Part shown: in pieces, positions 13,123 to 23,887 of the stretch
Numbering within the stretch: position 1 is the first letter of the stretch
Layout: every line of letters starts with the position of its first letter
Assembly: GCA_012295275.1 (NCBI GenBank)
Contig: CM022667.1
Span: forward strand, 10,602,001-10,666,000
Direction of reading: 5' to 3'
From: Chrysomallon squamiferum
Taxonomy: Eukaryota > Animalia > Mollusca
DNA length: 64,000 nt
Position numbers and translations under genes: made by a program
The notes under the pieces: model-generated
What the model was told of the DNA's origin: nothing
The model's database searches: none
Seen by the model: only the letters and a program-made list of their open reading frames with translations

Positions 13123-14869
13123 TAAATTATTATGGATTTTGTTTTTTTAAAAATTGTTTATTGTTTAATATTTTTGGGGACTGTGTTGGTTTTAATTAGG
13201 TGTAGCACTTTTTAGAAATATTTAAAAATTATTTATTTAATATGATTTCACTATGAAAATTCTTTCATCTTTTATAATAACTTTAATTCTTAGTAAACAC
13301 TGAAGGGATTTATTATATATATATATTTTATATTATTTTTAGGCTGCATTAAACAGACCAGTCTCTAGAGAGGAAGAATTTGATAACAGTGGAGGTGCCC
13401 AGAATTTGCAGATTCAGGTTTGTGGAGTTTACTATGAGAATTTAGGTTTATTTGGCTATTTCAATCATAGCTCTTTAGTCAAAAATATAACATTGTGTCT
13501 GAATTTTGAAAAACATTTTATGAGTATAAATTGGTTATTTTTTGCATGGTTTTGTATGAATTTGTAATTGGAATTTAAAGTTGTTTAGCTGCCAGTAAAT
13601 GAGATTTGGAATGGGAATTAAGATTATTATAATCTTTATTATTATTTTTTAAAAATAAAATGAAATATTAAAAGTAAATAAGTAAAATAAAATATGGTAA
13701 ATAATGTTATTAATATAATGCACTACAATACAATGCAATAAAAACAATTTTAAAAATAAATAAATAAATATAAAAAATGTTATTAAAACAAACAAAACAT
13801 TATTTCAAAAAAAATTGTCTTTAACAGGAGATGCATCTTCCAACCACAGTCTCTAGGACAGGAGCAATGGGTCTGCAAAGTCACTTTGCTGAACACCAGA
13901 TAAATCAGATTCACAGAGAACTAGAACCTTCAGCTTCTGGAAGCAGTTCATCTATGTTCAGTGATTTAACATCAACAAGCAGGGTTTCTCTTGAAAGGTA
14001 ATTACCAACATCTCATCATCTTCTGACTACTGCTAGTTAGACATGTCGTCCAGTTAAAAAATAAACACATTAATTTGGTATCCTGAATTCATAGTTTTGA
14101 ACAAGCAGTTTTCTAGACAGTTCCCATCACTTAATAGTCCCAAGCCTGTTTAAATATTAAATTTTGTATTGTTTAGTGATGACCATCCGTCACCTACTGG
14201 AGGACGATTTTCAAAATCTGCCACAGAAAGAATGTCCATGTTGCAGCACAGAAAGAATGCCATGTTGGAACAGGCAAAAAGGTAAATTATTCACTTGGAA
14301 AATCTCTAATGTTGATGTATTTTTAGGTTGGGTTCTTGTTGAACATTCTGTAAAAATAGCTCTCTATCATATCAGCATTGCAACTGAATGTTTATGAGAG
14401 AGTTTAATTGATTTTGTTTTAATATGAAACTGTAATTTGACCTTTACTAAAAATTTTGATGGTTTAATTTATAATGGTATACATAACACTTAGAAAAACA
14501 TATTGTTATTATTGTTGTTATTGTTCTTCGTCTTCTTCTTCTTCTTCTTCTTATTATTATTATTAAATAAAAAGAAAGCCTATCAGCGATTCTCTTGTCT
14601 TCACATTATTTTTTAAATTGATGGAAACTCTTTTGATCAAAAGTGTTCATTAACATCTTTGTTATTTCAGAAAATATTTTAGCAGAGACTGCAGACAGCT
14701 GGACAGTCAGATGGAGGACGATGCTTCAATACAGCACTCTGCAGGTTCAGACGAGTCAGCGTACTCCGACGATTCAGTTCACTCAGCAAGCGATCGCTCG
14801 CAGCAGCGCGAACTCATGTTCCAGGCAGTACAACGTCGAATGCAGCATCATCCATCCACGGACAGTTGA
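6985..14869 (+). CDS. AMFR: E3 ubiquitin-protein ligase AMFR (gp78), ERAD ligase: multi-TM region, RING-H2, CUE, G2BR, VIM
   Basis: Coding exons 6985-7248, 7574-7666, 8194-8358, 8859-9011, 9673-9713, 10165-10297, 10818-10951, 11278-11388, 11993-12165, 12602-12708, 12935-13060, 13343-13417, 13828-13997, 14177-14281, 14671-14869; all GT-AG and phase-consistent. Motifs: HLKDKFWNFVFYKFIFIFGV, RING CAICWEKMESARKLPCSHLFHNSCLRSWLEQDTSCPTCR, FHFDGSRYVSWLPSFSVEV, CUE (QVQQVFPNMP...DLRVTRSVDLTIESIL), G2BR (RFSKSATERMSMLQHRKNAMLEQAKRKY), VIM-like RELMFQAVQRRM. Confidence 0.97.
7681..7735. repeat. (CT)n microsatellite
   Basis: Direct inspection; AMFR intron. Confidence 0.95.
10444..10534. mobile_element. 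Degenerate MITE-like remnant (GTGGTTGTACTAGACAGGTTGAAGTA-type terminus)
   Basis: Internal inverted match AACCACTTGTCTA vs TAGACAGG and GTGGTT; resembles from memory the Tc1/mariner-derived CAGTCAAACCTGTC-type MITE ends. A similar ACAGGTGTCC...ACAGGTGTGCACTGT end lies at ~16168-16203. Confidence 0.3.
11470..11818 (+). mobile_element. pogo/Tigger-like non-autonomous DNA transposon remnant in an AMFR intron
   Basis: Left end CAGGTAGGTTCAGGATCCCTTACCAGAAAAGGTTGGGACCAGA...GGATTTTGGAATAT resembles from memory the Tigger4/MER46-type terminus (CAGGTTGAGTATCCCTTATCCGAAATGCTTGGGACCAGA). The right end finishes ...CCTGTA. Not verified by search. Confidence 0.4.
12175..12365. repeat. Degenerate ~42-bp tandem repeat (4-5 copies) in an AMFR intron
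   Basis: AATTGT(A/G)ATTAAA...(A)TCA(T/G)TTAT recurs at about 12216, 12257, 12299 and 12342. Confidence 0.8.
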
Positions 14870-17800
14870 TACGATGAAACATGTCACTTCAGTGTAATAG
14901 ATGTAACAATAAATATATTATAAATTTATAACTAAGAATTCTGTTTGTCCAGTACTGGTATGTTGTGGGTTCTTTGCATTTTATTTATTGTTTGTGTGTG
15001 TACTTGCTGGAGAATTTAATAGCGAGTGGTGGAGAATAATTTCAGTCAGTGTGAATTATTTATTTGAGATGGTTTTTATACCACTTTTATTGGGCTGTAG
15101 TAGAAATTAGAACTGGTTTATAGATAAAATGGATGACTTGCTAGTTAATAATACTGAAAGAACTAATGTGTAAATTTTTGTCTCTTTCTCGTTTCCTCTG
15201 CATCTATTTTCTTCCTTCCTTTTCATCTCTCCTTCCACTCTTCTTTCACCCTCCCTTCACAGCTCTGTTCTCTGTCTCTCTCTCTCTCCTTTCATATCTC
15301 TATCTCTCTCTATCCTTCCCATTCACATCTTCACACTTTTTAGAATGTATTTATAAAAATAGATGTGCTACTTACTTACATTTTAAGCTTTGGAAAAAGG
15401 TTTGTTCATACCTATTGTATTAATTATAATCAAAGATAAGATATTTCATCAGAATAACTGACATTGAAAACAGTTATTACACGACATTAGTTTAGTAATT
15501 GTTAATTAACCTTACCTAAGTAAATACTCAAAAAAAAAAGGCTGTAATTATATTGAATGTTCAAAAGTATGTAGAGTAATGTTAAATTTTGTCATTTGCA
15601 AGTTTAGAAAAGAGTAAGGATTTCTAGATCCTGCATTGAATGGTGCTACAAACCTAGTTAAATTACAGTTCCTTACTAGCTCAGAAACAACATTGTGTAA
15701 AACAGCGATTAGTAATCTTTTATTTTTCACTACCCCATTTTTAATAAATTTATGATTGGATACTATAGGTTAAATTTTATTCTGTGACAGAAATATTATG
15801 GGCATTTACACATACCATAAATCTGTTTTCTCACAGTACTGAAAGAATGGCTAATGTAAAAGAACCCACAACAGTGGCAAATGAACAAATGGAATTCTGT
15901 TTGTTTTTTTCAGCATTCAGGAATGTTTTTTTTGTAAATATAACCACAGGCTGTGTATTATAACCTTAAGGGCAACTTTTTTCTCCTTTTAAAAAAAAAA
16001 ATTAATAAATCACTATATTTGTGTGCTTTGGAATGAGAGTTCACATATTTATTGCTTTTTATACATGTATATGAAGACGTTTTCCAATGTATCACTGGAA
16101 TTTACCAGCGGGTTACAAAGGTCTTGATGCTTAGGTCTCGGTTAAAATTAATTAGATGTTCTTAATATACAGGTGTCCTTTTTTTAAACAGGTGTGCACT
16201 GTTAATGTGGGTGATTTTTATAAATGTATTCAGTCTAAAGGGTAACAACCAGATTTGAGATTTTTGTTTTTTTCACTCCAAACTATTTCTTTTTTTATGA
16301 ATAAAGTTTATTTTTTAGATACTTTGAATATTTGTCTGTATTCTGAATATGTACATGTGTGAATTTGATATGTGTTTTTATATGTATATGTTTTTGTCTG
16401 ATATCTCTTAATTTGTATTTACATATCTGAAAGTTCTTTTGTCCTATATGTATTTATATTAATGTTTTTATGTATATGAATCGGTTAGGTATACTTACAA
16501 GATGTATGCGTGTGTGAGAGAGAAGGTGAGTGATTGTGTTTATATCTGAGAAGTGTTTATATATACACTCATACATTTGAATGTTTATATACACAAGTCC
16601 TTGTAAGTTTATATGAATTGTACATAACTATATATGTAAAATTATCTTTAACAGAAATCTACTTGAAAGCTAAACAAACTAAATGTAATCTTTAGCTTTT
16701 CAAGGAGAAAATAAAATAAAATTATTGAATATATATATATATTTTTTTTTTTTTTTTGTAAATGTAACATTAATGAGGATAAATATGTACACTTGATGTT
16801 TTTACGAAAATATAATTTCCTAAAGCAATAATATCTAGTCTGTGATTGTAGTTTGAAGATTGGGCATATTTACTTTATGGTTCTGTTGTGCAATTGTTCA
16901 CTCAACGTTGATTACAGATATTATATCAGAGTATTTATTTATTTATTTACTTATTTATTTATTTATTTGCTCTGGACTAGATCTAGTTTTAGTACTTCCA
17001 AATCAGCAACTGGGAGGAAAATGATGGGAAGATGCTTGATGTGAAAAATAAGGTGCACACACATTATTATTTTTTTTTTTTGACTCTTTTGTTTCCTTGA
17101 GGAATTCTTCAGTTTTGGTTATTAAAAAAATGTTCTAGTAATTTATTTGAAGGTAAATGTTTCAAAATAACATTTATTTTGGCCAGATTTTAAAAATAAC
17201 AATACTGCTGCAATGAAAGAGTGGGAATTTCCAGCGGTAAAAAGACGGTCAAAATTATAAACAAAACAAAACAAAAATAATAATAATAATTAAATAAATA
17301 AATTTAAAAAATCTATGAAATGCAGTGCAGGTTTTGAAAAAAAAAAAATAATTAAAATATTTTTTCTTAAAAGCAATATTTGTAGCTTCTGAGTGCATAG
17401 ATACACACACACACTGACAAACAAATGGGATATGTCAAGACTTCGGTGACTTCAGTATTTTATTGGGTAGGAAATTTTCTCCTTCAGTATTATTACTTTA
17501 TGTATTCTTATTTCTTTGTGGATTTCTGTAAAGAAAATTTACACATTTAATATTTTTTCTGCAAGATCTAATTTAGGTTTTAAATTTTAAATCATCATGG
17601 CTGTGGTTTATTTTTAAATAGTTCTAGATTGTCAGTATTACAGTAATTATTTTTTATTTTGTTTGTTTAATCCCTTAACTTCATACAATCTTTACTACAA
17701 GTATAGGATATACTAACATTTGTAATAATTATTATAATAAACATAATAACAGGATAATTACTGAAAAGGTATATTCAGAAATTTAAAAAAAACAACCAAA

Positions 17801-19477
17801 AAAAACATGAATCCTATCATTTACTTAATAAAACTATTTAAAATACATATTTTAATCTTTAATAAAATTTTAATTAATTGTAATCTTCGCAAAAAACACA
17901 AAAAAACATTAGTTGACATTTATAAAACTATTTTTTTCCCTAATTTATCATCCCTCAGTATTTCAGTTCTTTAATGCATTATTGCTATATTCTATAAATA
18001 GTAAAATTTTAATGGCTTCTAAAGATAATCCTTTATTAATTTTTGAACAACATAATTAGCTTTTCTAATTATTTTACTTTAAATCCATCCTGCCATACCC
18101 AAATATAACCTTATTCAGTTTTATTCTTTCTAAGCATTCCATTACATATACACTAAATAAAAATGTGTAATTAATAATAATTTTAAAGTGAAGTTTATTT
18201 TAAAAACTCTTCCTTTTCAAGGTAAAGTAGAAAATTGTTTAATTTATTGATTTGGAGTATGTGACATTTATAGCATATCCTGTTTATAAAAATTTTAACA
18301 CTGTACATAGGTAAAACTTTGTGTATATATTTTTATACTTGATTGCTTGGACATTTTTTAAATATTGAAATAATTATATAAATATATTATAGCTTAACTG
18401 TGACAGCCTTTAGCCAATATTTGCATTTTGCTAAATATTTTCATGAATGAACAGTTTCTAAGTGTATTAATCACTTCAACAGCTTACTGGAATAAACCTG
18501 TTGTTTGCATTTTTCTTTTATTAAGAAACCACTTTGCATTTTACAGAATATATTTTTGAGCACTCCTGACTAATATTGCTATAAAGATATCACAGAAGAA
18601 AAAAAAAGAAAAGATGATATCTTTTTTTTTTCTTCTTTTTTTCAATTTCAGAAGATAAACAGTATTAAAAAAAAAATACTAGCTGTTTATTGTTTTGATA
18701 TTATGGACTTAGTCTGAAGTTAACATTTAAACAGTAAACATTTAAATCTTGATGAAATGTATAGTTATGATAGTGCAGAAAAATACAGCTATTAAAAGAT
18801 AACACATTTTATCCAAAATAATAATAAAATAATAATAATAAAAATAAAGAGGAAGAGAAACATGAAATGGCAAAAAGGTAGTCTTTAAAAATCAAATTTT
18901 AAGTTGTTTAAAATTAAAACAATAAAAAGAGAAGAAAATAAAAGAAAAAAAATAAAAATAAACAAAAGTTTAAAAGTGATCTGATGCTTTTTTTTTTTTA
19001 AAAACAATCAGAAAATAAATCTGAAAAAACAATGTACAGGTTTAAGTCACTCTTTGGGTATAATTTTTAACACTTTTGATCCCATTTACAAGTCTGATCA
19101 TGAATAATCCTCACAAATACAATTAAATATTTGTTCTGTGTATTGTTCAACCTGCCTGTATCCAGTTTATACCTGAAGTTTACAATAAAATGATTCAATG
19201 TATAAATTGTGTTGATTTTATTAACCTCTTCAGTATCAATGTGGTTTTGGTACATGCCCTTTACATAACCCAATTTTCTTCTTTTGCCAAGGATTTTTAA
19301 ATTTATTAATTATACTGTTGTTTGGAATCAGTAAAGACATGAAAAAGAGTTAAGTATGGTTATTTCCACTCATTTTCTTCCCGTTTTATGAAATGCAGTG
19401 CACTGAGGCTGAAATTTGAATTGTTGTTGGAGTATATGATGACCTGGCTCTTTATTGAAATAAATTAATTTGAAGTC

Positions 19478-19630
19478 ACATGGTTAAAGCACTGGTCCAA
19501 AGCCTTGTGGATTGTAAGATCAAAACTCTCTGGATCCTTCCCCTTTCCCTGTGTTCTCAGCTGGTTTAAGTAAAATACCCTTGGCTCTCGGTCAATAGTT
19601 AGGCTGTGATGTTATGTTATAAAAAGTTAC
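19478..19630 (+). mobile_element. Possible decayed tRNA-derived SINE
   Basis: A-box-like TGGTTAAAGCACTGG, then a degenerate B-box-like segment and a GC-richer body ending in an A-rich tail, between the AMFR and DAD1 3' ends. No target-site duplication identified. Confidence 0.25.
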
Positions 19631-20227
19631 TGTCATTTACTTTTTTCATCTTTTAATAAATTATATTAAGATGTTATCCAACATTCTTATATAAATTATG
19701 TTTTAATAATTTCTTCTAAAAGTTATTAATCATGAAAATCTAAAATTTTATTACAAATGTTGTTTTAATATTAAATAAAAACAAAACGATTGCTTTCATA
19801 AACATATACAATTTTAATATGATCACAATTTACATCCAATTTTCATATTCCCACCTATAAAACTTCCATAATGATTCTGTCTTGTCTAAGTATCTAGATT
19901 TTTTTTACTGACAGTTTCTCACAATCGGACTTCCATCGTGAAACTAGAATAAAAAAAATTGTAATAATAAAAAATACATATATCAGAAACAATAACCTAA
20001 AATATTTTGAAATTTATTTTAAGGTATTTTACAATGTAACAATGTCACTATGCTTAGGTATTAATGTCATTAACATAATAATAATAAGAGCAAAACATGG
20101 GATAATAATAACATTAACTGGCTGATAATCTCACTTTCTCTATCTCCCCCCTCTCTCTCTCTCTCTCTGACACACACCAGTCAGTGTTTTCTTCTTTACT
20201 GTTTAAACTCACGTACCGTTTATGCAT

Positions 20228-21202
20228 TTATCCAATGAAGTTGATAACAACAAGATGAAGAACAGCATGTGCAAAAATGAAATCTGCAAAAGCTCGCTCA
20301 GGACTTATTCCACAAAAATCAAGTTTGTTCTGGGGATTTGCTTGTAATCTCAAACACACTGAAAATAAAAAAATAAAAAGTACAAATGAAAGAATTTAAA
20401 CTTTTGTATGATGAAAATGCTTTTCAAATAAATTAAAATAAAAATAAAAAATAAGAAAATAAAATATCAAAAACAACAACAATAATAATCTGATAGAGAA
20501 CAATAGAAATATATATTATCTGATCAATTTTCATTTGAATTATGTGAAAAGTTACAATGAAAATATTAATCGAATAACCATTTAATATATTTTGACATCA
20601 AACTTAAGGGTGACGGTAGCCCGTCTTGGGTACACTCTCCAAAACCTGGTCTGTGTATCAGATAATTAGAGGCGGCTGGTTCTAATGATTTAGTTGAACA
20701 CTCCATATCTTCCCCTATTCACTGGTATAAGGATCTGATCCAAATACTTAACAATTTGAAGCCTATAATTAAGGATAATCTGGAAACCAAATATTTTTCG
20801 ATTCTCTGGCATCACAATCTGAGAATCTGATCCAAATACTTAACAATTTGAAACGTAACTATCTATTGACATTAATTTTATTATACTATATCAGTCTTAA
20901 TAATTAAGGATCATTTAGAAATATAAAGTCAGCTGATACTAAATTTTGATTACTGATTAAAATGTCAGCTATAATTAAGCAGTTTTCTCACCTCCTAAAA
21001 CAAATGATCCTACTGTCGAAATAAATCCAGAAAGAAACGAATTAAACGGGAAGGTGCCCACTAAACAGCAATACACAAACTGGATCACTCCTGTTAACAG
21101 AATGTAAAACAGGTATGCATCAATCAGTTTAAGTTTTTTAGGGGTTACATGAACGTATTCGTCATAAAATTTTGCAAGAACTGCAGATAATTTTTCAGGC
21201 AT
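20228..21202 (-). CDS. DAD1: Dolichyl-diphosphooligosaccharide-protein glycosyltransferase subunit DAD1 (OST2), 113 aa
   Basis: Exon 21202-20992 ([70 protein letters not shown]) plus exon 20358-20228 ([43 protein letters not shown]); 342 nt, phase-1 GT-AG intron; signature motifs [12 protein letters not shown] and SPERAFADF. Confidence 0.98.
20733..20852. repeat. 28-bp exact direct repeat (ATCTGATCCAAATACTTAACAATTTGAA) in DAD1 intron 1
   Basis: Copies at 20733-20760 and 20825-20852; each is followed downstream by ATAATTAAGGAT. Confidence 0.9.
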
Positions 21203-21362
21203 TTTGATGCAATTAATAAGTCTATGTTTTTGCAAACTCCCAAACGTGGCACCACCAAAATGTACTTCCGTCTAGACTGGTTTTGTGAGTTTTGTTTTTC
21301 TTTCATCGTAGCATATTGTTAAATCAGTTCAAGCGTCTTATTTAAAGTATTATCTAGACAGC

Positions 21363-21436
<74 letters not shown>
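21363..21436. repeat. (AAT)n microsatellite
   Basis: Direct inspection. Confidence 0.95.
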
Positions 21437-21709
21437 GCTGTAAGAATAAACAACAACAACAACATTATAATAAAGTTCTTTCAGAACTAATTGATTAACT
21501 ATTCCATAAGTGCTATTATACAGTTCCTATTTTTTCTTTAAATATTTAACTAGTAATTATGAGCAGCTGTACACAGTTCATTAAAATGAGTAATATTTTA
21601 TATTTACATATAATTATTTCTTTTTTGTTCATCCTTTTTTGTGTATATATGAATACATAATTATTTTTTTTTTAAAATATGAACAATTAAAGTTTGTGCC
21701 TTCATTTTA

Positions 21710-21718
<9 letters not shown>

Positions 21719-21768
<50 letters not shown>
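21719..21768. repeat. (TG)n microsatellite
   Basis: Direct inspection. Confidence 0.95.
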
Positions 21769-21771
<3 letters not shown>

Positions 21772-23887
21772 ACGTATGTATGTATGTAAGTTATTTACAT
21801 ATCTTCGCTCACTGACCTGACCGTTCATAAACATTCATATTTTTCACAGCTGCCATTTTGAACTAGTATTTTAGAATATATTATATTATTTTAGGGTCAA
21901 ATATTCAGTACATGTATGCAATATGTAAAATTAATTATCATTATATAACCACTTATACAATTTACTTGGTTCAAATAGTAAACAAATTTTGAAAAATATT
22001 CTTATAATTGTAAAATATGTTGTTTTAACCACGTGACTTTCTCTGGTGTACAATATGATCACGTGACATTTTTTGTCGCCATCTTGACCGCCAGATAGAT
22101 GTTTTGGAAGACGTGAAAAAGCATTATGTTTTAAGACAAAGTAAGTGTTTTGATTTGTTTCTTCAGTGAAATATACCATTATTGTGTCAGATCTTAAACC
22201 AGAATAAAATTCTGAAAATAGATAATTAAATTTACCTAGCTTCTCCTTAGTGCCTTTTTCTTTTCGTCGAATCTGTCATCTCTGGAAAACGCGGGCCGTT
22301 TTTTTTTTCTTCTTTTCTTTCTCATTGACCATGTGGTCGAGCATACATAACCTTACATAATTAGTGATCACTCATGTCTGATCGTGTTGAAACCAGGATA
22401 AATTTCTAATATTGACGATGAATACCATTTTGAAACAAAAAATTATCAATAAAGTTATAAACGTATGGTATCAACTATCAATAGTATCATTATTATCAAC
22501 TACCACATGGATCATAAATTTATTAAATCGAGTAGGCAAAATGTAAAGCTGAATTGTTACTATATGTTTTAAATGTAGATTGTTAAGACATTTTTTTTTT
22601 TTTTTTTATATAAAATATTCCTTTTATTTGTATTCGTTTGTGTAATTTTGTCAAACTATAATTTCCTAACTTTAGTGGGTTAAAAATAATAATAATAAAA
22701 ATCAATAATAAAAAATTTAAAAAATTATATGTACATGTATGTATAATGAAGTATTTTGAAAGTTTAGTGTAGCTCATCTCATATAAACAATTCTATATTA
22801 TTTTTATTCTTTTTTTTTAAATGATTATTATTATTAGGCTATGGCTATTTTATGGTGGACATATTTATACTAGGAACCTAGTGCCGGCTAAACAATACAC
22901 AAGCTATTTTACCAGGCAGCAGTCACTAGCAGCATTAATTGTATATCTTGTCTATTTATTTCTTCTTTTGAAAGAATGGACTGGCAAGTCATGTGACAGA
23001 ATCTAAGCCCTTAAAAGGACAATATTAAAATTCAAATACCACCCAGTTATACCAGCTTAAACCACATCCTGAGAGTAAAAACTTTAATTTGGGGCAAAGC
23101 AAAAATCGTAATCATTTCATTATTAAAGATATCTAATGTCATTGCTCTCATTACCACTGTCGGCTGTTTATCACAGCTGTCGGTTTTGATTTGGTATCTA
23201 TAAGTGGCTGATTGCATAACATTATGACATACCTCGTTACGAGAATCATTTAGCTTTTTCCATCAGTAGATAATTTATTAATTTGCCTCTATCCTAGTGT
23301 CATTTACAAAATAATGGCAAAAAACATGCATAATCTGGCTTGTATGTTTGTTGATGTTAGCTGGTGTCATGTTCACTAAGTTTTAGGTAGTTGGTATTAT
23401 CTCACATAGGCAGGCTAGAATGAAACTCACTGAGACTTGCTATACAGTAACATTATTCATCATAAAATAGCTTGCCATCAGTTCTCTTTGACAGAAGTGC
23501 TAAGTACAAAAATGCTCTACTAGAACTAGCAGCTTTATGTTATTTTATTTTATTTTATAATATTTTATTTTATTTTATTTTATTTTTGTTAAATTTCTTC
23601 TCTAAACTAGGACAAAGTTTAATATATTACAAACATATAATTTTTTTGAAATACTGTTAACTAATAAATTAAAAAAAAAATAATTCATTGCTCAATAATT
23701 GTATACTCCATTTCATATTTTAATATTGGAATACTTTTTAATAAGTCATTAAGAGGGATTTTTAATTTATTTCTTTACAACAATTTTATCTTTTTCATCT
23801 TCAGAATGATCTGTTTATCAGCTCTCTCAGGTGGAATAATTATGTATCCTTTAAAGTGCAGATGGATTTATTGCGAGGTGATCTAAC

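Larger units (their letters stand above)
21240..22146. promoter_or_regulatory. Divergent (head-to-head) promoter region of DAD1 and ZNF507, including the probable non-coding first exon of ZNF507
   Basis: DAD1 side: TGCCACGT on the minus strand (21244-21251) and ETS-like ACTTCCG. ZNF507 side: two CACGTGAC E-boxes (22030-22037, 22060-22067), YY1-like CGCCATCTTG (22077-22086) and GCCATTTTG (21852-21860), and donor GTAAGT at 22141 that can pair with the acceptor at 23804. Confidence 0.65.

Noticed and set aside
20975-21235. ORF-track start at 21235 and read-through to 20975 for DAD1
   Set aside because: The true start is the ATG at 21202 (113-aa DAD1) and the exon is spliced at 20992; the extensions are UTR and intron.
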